A DNA stretch of 21,531 bases from a virus (taxonomy: Duplodnaviria > Heunggongvirae > Uroviricota > Caudoviricetes), in IMG/VR virus record IMGVR_UViG_2698536335_000017; one strand, 5' to 3'. Under the pieces are notes generated by a model, which worked only from the letters and a program-made list of their open reading frames with translations, ran no database searches and was not told the DNA's origin. Position numbers and translations under genes: made by a program. Positions 15,292-21,531 of the stretch are shown here, piece by piece. Within the stretch, counting starts at the first letter, position 1. Each line of letters begins with the position of its first letter.

Positions 15292-15673
15292 GCAACAACA
15301 GCAAGCTGCAATAAATGCCATCCTCGCAACACCACTCGATAAAGACAAGCCAGTCACCATCCGCATTACTGACTACAAGCGCAACCTTGACCAGAACGCA
15401 AAATTTCACGCGATGCTGGCGGATATCGCTCGTCAGGTTCAATGGTGCGGCAAATGGTTAAAACCAGAACAATGGAAGGTTTTGTTGATCAGCGGTCATG
15501 CAGTGGCAACAAAACAGGAAGCTGATGTTTTTCCCGGGCTTGAAGGCGAATACGTCAACATTCGCGAAAGCAGCGCGCAGATGAGTGTGAAGCGTATGGC
15601 AAGTCTTATCGAGTACACAACAGCCTGGGCTATTGGTCATGGTGTCAGATTTACCGACAGGAGGTACGAATGA
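15263..15673 (+). CDS. ninB: NinB-like recombination protein (136 aa)
   Basis: Aligns along its length with recalled lambda NinB (LDQN ... QV-W-G-WL ... W). Confidence 0.75.
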   Translation: MKQTIFLRTKQQQQAAINAILATPLDKDKPVTIRITDYKRNLDQNAKFHAMLADIARQVQWCGKWLKPEQWKVLLISGHAVATKQEADVFPGLEGEYVNIRESSAQMSVKRMASLIEYTTAWAIGHGVRFTDRRYE

Positions 15674-15846
15674 GACGACAGCGACGAAGTATCACCGACA
15701 TCATCTGCGAAAACTGCAAATACCTTCCAACGAAACGCTCCAGAAATAAACGCAAGCCAATCCCAAAAGAATCTGACGTAAAAACCTTCAACTACACGGC
15801 TCACCTGTGGGATATCCGGTGGCTAAGACATCGTGCGAGGAAATGA
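15670..15846 (+). CDS. ninE: NinE-like protein (58 aa), hand-translated
   Basis: Translation [58 protein letters not shown] matches recalled lambda NinE nearly residue for residue. SD AGGAGG upstream. Confidence 0.75.
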   Translation: MRRQRRSITDIICENCKYLPTKRSRNKRKPIPKESDVKTFNYTAHLWDIRWLRHRARK

Positions 15847-16208
15847 CAATGGATTATTCACAGTTAAGTGATTTTGAAATTAACGTGGCGGTATTCGAAG
15901 CCATTCATAACGGATCGCCGGATTACAAAGAAGGTGAGAATGGCGATATGGTGTTTGTCTCATTTGAGGGAGACATTGTAAACGGAGACGCAGTTGAAGT
16001 AGAAGTTGAGCGCGGATCCTTTAACCCATGCGCAAACCCAGCAGACTCATGGCCGATTATTGAAAAATACAGGATTAGCATTATCAATCTCGATGAAGAC
16101 GAGTGGGGTGCACGCGGTGTGGCCTACTGTAAATCTAAGCGAGCTATACATGAAAATCCCCTTCGCGCCGCCATGATTGTCTTTCTCATGATGCAGAGAA
16201 TCCAATAA
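15843..16208 (+). CDS. Hypothetical nin-region protein (about 121 aa from ATG overlapping the ninE stop)
   Basis: ATGA overlap with ninE; acidic protein. The six-frame ORF starts earlier at 15807. Confidence 0.5.
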   Translation: MTMDYSQLSDFEINVAVFEAIHNGSPDYKEGENGDMVFVSFEGDIVNGDAVEVEVERGSFNPCANPADSWPIIEKYRISIINLDEDEWGARGVAYCKSKRAIHENPLRAAMIVFLMMQRIQ

Positions 16209-16384
16209 TGCTTAGCCCATCCCAATCCCTTCAATACCAGAAAGAAAGCGTCGAGCGAGCTTTAACGTGCGCTAACTGCGGTCAGAAGCTGCATGTGCTG
16301 GAAGTTCACGTGTGTGAGCACTGCTGTGCAGAACTGATGAGCGATCCGAATAGCTCAATGTACGAGGAAGAAGACGATGAGTGA
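16208..16384 (+). CDS. ninF: NinF-like Cys-rich small protein (58 aa), hand-translated
   Basis: Translation [58 protein letters not shown] matches recalled lambda NinF; TAATG overlap with the upstream gene. Confidence 0.7.
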   Translation: MLSPSQSLQYQKESVERALTCANCGQKLHVLEVHVCEHCCAELMSDPNSSMYEEEDDE

Positions 16385-16589
16385 TTACCTGAAATGGTAT
16401 CTCTGCCACCGCTGGCTAATTAAGTTTGCTGTAAAAGACTGGATGACAGCGGATGCCAACAAACTTAAGCAAAGAAAGGACTATTACTACGCCAGAATGA
16501 AGGAAAACTACTGCTCAATTCGCACTCGCATATTTATTAAAAAAGACCTTCAGTCAATTCTTCAATTGCGAGGGAAGGTAAATGGCTAA
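16377..16589 (+). CDS. Small hypothetical nin-region protein (70 aa)
   Basis: ORF overlapping ninF stop and the downstream start. Confidence 0.4.
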   Translation: MSDYLKWYLCHRWLIKFAVKDWMTADANKLKQRKDYYYARMKENYCSIRTRIFIKKDLQSILQLRGKVNG

Positions 16590-16872
16590 CCTACGCAAAG
16601 AAGCGCGCGGCAGAGAATGCCAGGTACGTATTTACGGCGTATGCAATGGCAATCCTGAAACTACAGTTCTGGCACATTACCGGATGGCTGGAATTTGTGG
16701 AACGGGGATGATGCCTGACGACCTGATCGGCGCATGGGCTTGTAGTGACTGCCACGCGGAGATCGACCGACGCACAAGGATTCTCGACAACAAAGACGCC
16801 AGACTTTACCACCTCGAAGGCGTGATCAGGACGCAGGCGATACTGCTGAAGGAGGGGAAGATTAAGTCATGA
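16582..16872 (+). CDS. YbcO-like (DUF1364) Cys-rich nin-region protein (96 aa)
   Basis: ARGRECQVRIYGVCNGNPETTVLAH ... CSDCHAEIDRRT pattern resembles DLP12 YbcO as recalled; sits directly upstream of rusA as in DLP12. Confidence 0.65.
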   Translation: MANLRKEARGRECQVRIYGVCNGNPETTVLAHYRMAGICGTGMMPDDLIGAWACSDCHAEIDRRTRILDNKDARLYHLEGVIRTQAILLKEGKIKS

Positions 16873-17231
16873 ACGAATATCAGTTTGTGCTTCCATACCC
16901 GCCGTCGGTGAATACCTACTGGCGAAGACGGGGAAGCCAATACTACATCAGCGATAAAGGCCAGAAATACCGAAAAGACGTTCAGCAAATCATCCACCAA
17001 CTCAAGTTAGATATTTTCACCAAATCACGACTCCGCATCAAAGTAATCGCAGACGTTCCAGACTCCCGCCGCCGCGACCTAGATAACATCCTGAAGGGTT
17101 TACTCGACTCCCTTATCCATGCCGGATTTGCGGAAGACGACGAGCAATTCGATGACATTCGCGTAATTCGTGGTGTGAAAGTACCAGGCGGACGGCTTGG
17201 AATAAAAATCACCGAACTGGAGAACGCATGA
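16869..17231 (+). CDS. rusA: RusA-family Holliday junction resolvase (120 aa)
   Basis: LPYPPSVNTYWRRRG ... PDSRRRDLDNILKGLLDSLIHAGF ... DDEQFDDIRVIRGVKVPGGRLGIKITE aligns with E. coli RusA including the catalytic Asp-rich core. Confidence 0.85.
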   Translation: MNEYQFVLPYPPSVNTYWRRRGSQYYISDKGQKYRKDVQQIIHQLKLDIFTKSRLRIKVIADVPDSRRRDLDNILKGLLDSLIHAGFAEDDEQFDDIRVIRGVKVPGGRLGIKITELENA

Positions 17232-17416
17232 ACGCCACAATTCAAACGATACCAGAGCTTCTTATCCAGACACGAGGCAATCAGACCGAAGTGGCGAGGA
17301 TGCTTTCCTGCGCAAGAGGAACAGTGCTCAAGTACAACCGAGACAGCAAAGGCGAGCGTCATGTAATAGTTAACGGCGTCCTGATGGTCAAACAGGGCAA
17401 GAGGGGAAGACGATGA
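17228..17416 (+). CDS. Small nin-region protein (62 aa), last gene before the moron
   Basis: ATGA overlap with rusA; no family recognised. Confidence 0.45.
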   Translation: MNATIQTIPELLIQTRGNQTEVARMLSCARGTVLKYNRDSKGERHVIVNGVLMVKQGKRGRR

Positions 17417-17544
17417 GACTCGAAAGCGTAGCTAAATTTCATTCGCCAAAAAGCCCGATGATGAGCGACTCACTACTGGCCACAGTTTATTGGTTTTCGT
17501 AACTGAGTCATTTTATTATTTTATTGCAACTTTTAATCTTTTAT

Positions 17545-17596
17545 AGTGCGAAATAAATGGAGCTGGCATTCATTTCGCACTTTATGTTTTTGTTGG
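17545..17596 (+). terminator. Terminator-like hairpin with long loop plus T-rich tail
   Basis: Perfect 10-bp inverted repeat AGTGCGAAAT ... ATTTCGCACT (17-nt loop) followed by TTATGTTTTTGTTGG. Confidence 0.35.
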
Positions 17597-17627
17597 ACTT
17601 ATGTTATTTTGATTGAATTCAATTCAG

Positions 17628-18587
17628 TTAAAAAAAGAAGGTGATTGCTCCATTTATAAATGAATAGTCATCCCCTGTCTTGAATTCTGATGTTACTTTA
17701 TTAAATGCTAGTGTGAAGGCTACAGGTGCATACCCAATTGTTGCGCCAACTTGATATTCATCAACAGTTTTGTTTAGCGATACTGTTGTTTGTTTCGTCT
17801 GTATTGTTTTTCCTTCGAGAGTATAGTTGCGATTGACATCTCGTCTTTCCATACCTGCAAAAATCTTGTATTTGAATCCGCTTGTATCGGACATATGCAT
17901 TAAACCACGGGGAGCCAGCAGACCAAAGCCATTATCCGAATTGAAGGTTTTATCATTACCAATGGCAATGGTTGCGCCATATGCTACATATTGAAATAAG
18001 TTTCCAGTAACAGCAGAAACTTCAGGGTATAATCCAACATTAGCACCTAAAATATCCATACTTGGTGTCATGGATAGCATCCCTTTTACAGTATAACCGT
18101 AGCGATTCTCTATTTGATCATCCCATGCATGATATTTTTCTGCCCCAATAATCTCATGAGCTTTATTTTGTACTTTCTGACCGCCTGCGTCGGGGCCAAC
18201 AACACCTATGTCAGTACCTAATCGATAGCGAATCCAGTCATTCGCAAGGGAGTTCCATTCAATACCAGTGTGAGTGTATGCACTAAAAGCTCTGTCTCCA
18301 GTTACAGCTGTGTTGTGTCTTTTATTACTGCCTGATGGAGAGTAAATATCTTGCGCAATATGGAGAGATAATTGGCTCGAGTCTGAGATATCGTGGCTAT
18401 ATCCCAGAAATAAGCCTTGTGAGTAATCATCTCTGTTTTCATGTTTATTGCCATAAATATCATTAAGTATTGGTTGAAACTTCCCTGCATCATCATTTGC
18501 TAATGATAATGCAAGGCTGTTCGCGATAGCTGAACACGTGGTAAATGACAGAGCAATAAAGACGCCAGCGATGACACTTTTTTTCAT
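17628..18587 (-). CDS. lpxR: Outer-membrane beta-barrel protein, probably LpxR-family lipid A 3'-O-deacylase (319 aa), prophage moron
   Basis: Signal peptide, C-terminal aromatic residues, alternating beta-strand pattern. Length equals Salmonella LpxR as recalled, and the predicted mature N-terminus NSLALSLAND puts Asn9-Asp10 where LpxR has catalytic N9/D10. Opposite strand, AT-rich flanks. Confidence 0.5.
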   Translation of the reverse strand: MKKSVIAGVFIALSFTTCSAIANSLALSLANDDAGKFQPILNDIYGNKHENRDDYSQGLFLGYSHDISDSSQLSLHIAQDIYSPSGSNKRHNTAVTGDRAFSAYTHTGIEWNSLANDWIRYRLGTDIGVVGPDAGGQKVQNKAHEIIGAEKYHAWDDQIENRYGYTVKGMLSMTPSMDILGANVGLYPEVSAVTGNLFQYVAYGATIAIGNDKTFNSDNGFGLLAPRGLMHMSDTSGFKYKIFAGMERRDVNRNYTLEGKTIQTKQTTVSLNKTVDEYQVGATIGYAPVAFTLAFNKVTSEFKTGDDYSFINGAITFFF

Positions 18588-18978
18588 ATGTTATTGTCTT
18601 CCTTTTTTTTGAATGGTGCGCGTATTTTACATACATGAGTTTGTAATACAAGGTGCGTAATCAATATGATGTTTTATAATTGCGTGAGACAATTGATTTA
18701 TTCGTTTTTTATTGTGGTTTTTATTATCTTTTAATGTAACGGTGTTTTTATTAAGTGTGTTTGCGTGGTGTTTTATGTTTTTTATAATTTTTATTTTATT
18801 AAATTTAAAAGTATTAGTAATGGCTATTCTATATAGCAATATAAGAACTGTTACAAAAAAAGGGGGGGCAATTACAGGTAGTTATGGATGATGAGTGAAA
18901 CAGATATTGGAGAACCGGGGAATGAATGATGTCTGAGTCTTATATATCAGAACTCCTTCGCTGTCGCTGGGGGCTCCT

Positions 18979-19752
18979 GTGCTTATGTCGTTTCCCCGAT
19001 TCGGTTTTGAACGATTACCGAATGTTGAAGAATTATGCCAAAATATAGAAAGGATTTACTGCATGAATACCCAATATTTACAGTATGTTCGTGAGCAACT
19101 TATGGCAGCTACTGCTGACTTGAACGGAGCAACGAAAGGCCAGCTCGAAGCCTGGCAGGAGCATGCACAATTTGATACTGGTACATACAAACGAAAGAAG
19201 CCGCGCATTCTGGATGTGGTAACTGGCAAGATGATTACGCTGGATAATACGCCGACTTCCGGTAAGCAGTCGTACGCAAAAGGTTCATCCATTGCTTTGG
19301 TCAGCCCGGTTGAATTCTCAACCTCTTCATGGCGCCGCGCGGTTTTGTCTCTCGATGAACATCAGAAAGCATGGTTGCTTTGGTGTTACAGCGAAAGCGT
19401 TCGATGGGGGCATCAGGTCACCATAACGCAATGGGCATGGAGCGAGTTTAAAGATTTGTTAAGTAACAGAAAAATTGCAGGTAAGACACTGGATCGCCTG
19501 AAGACGTTAATCTGGCTGGCTGCACAGGATGTGAAGAGCGAACTTGCAGGGCGTGAGGCCTATGAATACCAGACACTGGCATCATTGGTGGGAGTGACAA
19601 CAAAAAACTGGTCCGAGACATTTACTGAACGCTGGGTTGCAATGAAGCACATTTTTCTACAGCTTGATAGTGATGCTTTATTGCTTGTGACGAGAACACG
19701 TTCAAAACAAAAGGCAGCATTTTTACAGCAAAATATTGCAAAACTGGATTAA
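18979..19752 (+). CDS. Q: Late-gene antiterminator Q, large phage-82-like type (257 aa)
   Basis: Last gene of the early-right operon, immediately followed by a consensus-like promoter and a short terminated transcript (pR'/tR' arrangement). Start ambiguous (GTG 18979, ATG 18985 or ATG 19063). Family call is mainly by position and length. Confidence 0.6.
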   Translation: MLMSFPRFGFERLPNVEELCQNIERIYCMNTQYLQYVREQLMAATADLNGATKGQLEAWQEHAQFDTGTYKRKKPRILDVVTGKMITLDNTPTSGKQSYAKGSSIALVSPVEFSTSSWRRAVLSLDEHQKAWLLWCYSESVRWGHQVTITQWAWSEFKDLLSNRKIAGKTLDRLKTLIWLAAQDVKSELAGREAYEYQTLASLVGVTTKNWSETFTERWVAMKHIFLQLDSDALLLVTRTRSKQKAAFLQQNIAKLD

Positions 19753-19764
19753 AAGCCATATACT
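19736..19764 (+). promoter_or_regulatory. Late promoter pR' (-35 TTGCAA, 17-bp spacer, -10 TATACT)
   Basis: Near-consensus sigma70 hexamers with ideal spacing; the -35 overlaps the last Q codons as in lambdoid phages. Confidence 0.7.
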
Positions 19765-19797
19765 TCATGCAAATTTGGTATGTTGTAAAAAATGTAT

Positions 19798-19824
19798 AAA
19801 CCCGCTGCCGAGTGGGTTTTTTTT
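19798..19824 (+). terminator. tR' intrinsic terminator, closing a roughly 55-nt pR' leader transcript
   Basis: Hairpin ACCCGC-TGCCGA-GTGGGT followed by eight T residues, about 30 nt downstream of the predicted start. Confidence 0.7.
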
Positions 19825-19921
19825 ATGCCCTGAGTTGTACTTGTACGGTAAACATGCTGGCTGCTATGTAATAGAGTTTTTTTAGCCTGTAACCTCTTGA
19901 CGGCATTGAATTGCTTTTGTT

Positions 19922-20680
19922 ATGAGTTGTAAGCCAATGTTATCATCTTGTATTGGGGTGGTTATGAAGGATGGTGCGCTGCTCAGGAGTTCTTCACTTT
20001 TTATTGCCTACATGGGATGCCTTGGATGGGGGAGTGCTTATTTCTATGGATGGGGTACTTCTTTTTACTACGGCTTCCCATGGTGGATTGTAGGTGCAGG
20101 TGTTGATGATGTTGCCAGAAGTTTATTTTTTGCAGTTATCGTCATTGCTATATTTCTTATCGGTTGGGGTATTGGTGTTGTATTCTTTTTCGCAGTGAAA
20201 AGAAAACATTCTATGCAAGAGCTAAATGTATTTCGCCTTTATTTTGCTGTGGAATTATTGTTTGTGCCGGCAATTATTGAGTTTTCTATATTGAGACAGA
20301 AGATTCAGGTACCTCTTTTGCTACTGTCAGCAGCGATTGCGCTGGCGGTTACAATTTCGATAAGATCTTATGGGCGATTTTTATCGGTATCATGCTTCTA
20401 TGATAAGCCATTTATAAAAAAACATTTTTTTGAGATTGTGATGATTGCTTTTGTGGCATATTTCTGGCTTTTTTCATTTCTGACAGGATATTACAAACCA
20501 CAGTTTAAGAAAGAATATGAAATGATTAATTATAATGATGGTTGGTATTATGTTCTTGCTCGTTATGATAATTGTCTGGTTTTGTCTACTTCTTTCAATG
20601 CAGGTAGTAAAAGGTTTGTCATTTATCAATCAGCACAAGATAAGAATCTTCAGGTTGATATTGTAAGGACCAGAATTTAA
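19922..20680 (+). CDS. Multi-pass inner-membrane protein of unknown function (252 aa), moron at the stx-equivalent locus
   Basis: Four to five hydrophobic helices rich in aromatic residues and a soluble C-terminal tail of about 60 aa; low GC. Alternative starts at 19937 and 19964 (GGTGG 4 nt upstream). Confidence 0.55.
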   Translation: MSCKPMLSSCIGVVMKDGALLRSSSLFIAYMGCLGWGSAYFYGWGTSFYYGFPWWIVGAGVDDVARSLFFAVIVIAIFLIGWGIGVVFFFAVKRKHSMQELNVFRLYFAVELLFVPAIIEFSILRQKIQVPLLLLSAAIALAVTISIRSYGRFLSVSCFYDKPFIKKHFFEIVMIAFVAYFWLFSFLTGYYKPQFKKEYEMINYNDGWYYVLARYDNCLVLSTSFNAGSKRFVIYQSAQDKNLQVDIVRTRI

Positions 20681-20813
20681 TTGGCTGCATAAATAATATT
20701 TTAAGTTGCAAGTTGGCTATTCGTAGGAATAGAACCTTAGGCATGCTGAATGCGTTTTCTGAACATTGTTTTATAAACTGTGTCTGCTTGCTGTTGTGAT
20801 CCTGTTTTTAGTG

Positions 20814-20924
20814 ATGGTGATGATGGATTTCACCAGCAGGATAATGTTGGTACTGACTGATGGCGCTCTGGTCTGCGGCATTGTGGTATTGCTGTGGCCG
20901 ATGATGAAAGAACAGAATGAATAA
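20814..20924 (+). CDS. Possible small hydrophobic peptide (36 aa), hand-translated
   Basis: Translation MVMMDFTSRIMLVLTDGALVCGIVVLLWPMMKEQNE; no clear SD, so this may not be translated. Confidence 0.2.
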   Translation: MVMMDFTSRIMLVLTDGALVCGIVVLLWPMMKEQNE

Positions 20925-21109
20925 TTCTTGACTTTTTTGTTTACTGTTTATTAAAAAATCAACCGCATGGTGAATCCTCCTTGGAGGGGCTAAATGATCG
21001 AGTTTTAAGGGCACGTAGCGAGTTCTGTTTGATCATTGCAGAACTTAGCGGGAGGCGCCATGCGTACATCACTAGTGTTATTCCTTTTATCATTTTCCTT
21101 GTGAGTTCT

Positions 21110-21136
21110 GGCTGCGCATTGCGCAGCCTTTTTTTT
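21110..21136 (+). terminator. Strong intrinsic terminator upstream of the nanS-p-like gene
   Basis: Perfect 8-bp GC-rich stem GGCTGCGC / GCGCAGCC with 3-nt loop, followed by eight T residues. Confidence 0.75.
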
Positions 21137-21222
21137 ATGACCTGCCACTGGCAGATGGTCATCCTGTGATTTGATTCCGCTTCCGGCTTTTTAACTCTGT
21201 TCCTCTACACGGGAGAAATTCG

Positions 21223-21531
21223 ATGTCGATTAAACATTACGATGTTGTCAGGGCGGCGTCGCCGTCAGACCTTGCGGAAAAGCTGACACACAAACTGAAA
21301 GAGGGCTGGCAGCCATACGGCGGACCGGTTGCCATTACGCCGTACACACTGATGCAGGCGGTGGCTATTGAAGGAGAGCCACAGGTCGGCCCTTCATCTG
21401 AGCCGGATTGGTACTACGTCATCGTACTGGCCGGGCAGTCCAATGCCATGGCTTACGGTGAAGGGCTTCCGCTGCCGGATTCATACGATGCTCCGGATCC
21501 GCGCATTAAACAGCTGGCGCGCCGCAGTACA
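21223..21531 (+). CDS. 5' part of a nanS-p-like gene (DUF1737 N-terminal domain then SGNH/sialate O-acetylesterase-like domain), truncated by the window edge
   Basis: SD GGGAGA 6 nt upstream of ATG. N-terminus MSIKHYDVVRAASPSDLAEKLTHKLKEGWQPYGGPVAITPYTLMQAVAIEG is DUF1737-like, followed by VIVLAGQSNAMAYGEG (SGNH block I GQSN). Open to the window end. Confidence 0.6.
   Translation, partial: MSIKHYDVVRAASPSDLAEKLTHKLKEGWQPYGGPVAITPYTLMQAVAIEGEPQVGPSSEPDWYYVIVLAGQSNAMAYGEGLPLPDSYDAPDPRIKQLARRST

Noticed and set aside
18302-18839. Minus-strand ORFs 18302..18496 and 18627..18839
   Set aside because: The first lies inside the outer-membrane protein gene in another frame. The second lies in extremely AT-rich DNA with a Lys/Asn/Ile-rich translation typical of non-coding AT-rich sequence.
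20808-21169. Six-frame ORFs 20808..21014 (minus), 20959..21162 (minus), 20981..21169 (plus)
   Set aside because: They overlap one another and the promoter/leader/terminator structures in this interval, have no SD, and one encodes a His-run artefact. The region is better explained as regulatory.
19825-21222. Shiga toxin genes or tRNA genes downstream of Q/pR'
   Set aside because: The Q, pR', tR' to nanS-p architecture suggested looking for stxA/stxB and the tRNA genes that often precede them. No AB5 toxin-like ORFs (about 319 and 89 aa with signal peptides) and no cloverleaf-like tRNA sequences were found by eye. A tRNA scan would be needed to exclude tRNAs firmly.
1-21531. CRISPR arrays, insertion sequences, rRNA
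   Set aside because: No regularly spaced direct repeats with unique spacers, no terminal inverted repeats bounding a transposase ORF, and no rRNA-like conserved segments were seen. The only tandem repeats are the ori iterons inside O.

Overview
This window is the left (attL) end and early/regulatory half of a lambda-like prophage integrated at the E. coli lambda attachment site. It begins in the host gene ybhC (1..1284, minus strand), crosses the att core GCTTTTTTATACTAA (1331..1345) with a lambda-type P' arm, and then runs through lambda-identical int and xis. The early-left operon (minus strand) carries accessory genes (Lar-family anti-restriction protein, ASCH-like protein, two Ea22-like coiled-coil proteins), a recombination module (Rad52/Sak-like annealing protein, a frameshifted ssb, a DEDDh exonuclease), then kil, cIII and N with nutL. 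The immunity region has a mosaic cI, cro, and three operators on each side sharing the half-site AATAC-N5-GTATT. The early-right operon carries nutR, cII, an inserted T5orf172/GIY-YIG-like gene, an O-like initiator with ori iterons, a DnaC-like loader, nin genes (NinB, NinE, NinF, YbcO-like, RusA), an opposite-strand AT-rich moron encoding an LpxR-like outer-membrane protein, and Q with a pR'/tR' late promoter unit. The slot where Shiga-toxin phages carry stx holds an uncharacterised multi-pass membrane protein instead, followed by a leader-like region and the 5' end of a nanS-p-like esterase gene. No rRNA, tRNA, CRISPR array or IS element was recognised by eye. The best candidates for an undescribed system are the two small membrane proteins in the rex position downstream of cI, the T5orf172-domain gene between cII and O, and the membrane protein at the stx-equivalent locus. 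All protein identifications rest on recalled reference sequences and motifs, not on database searches.
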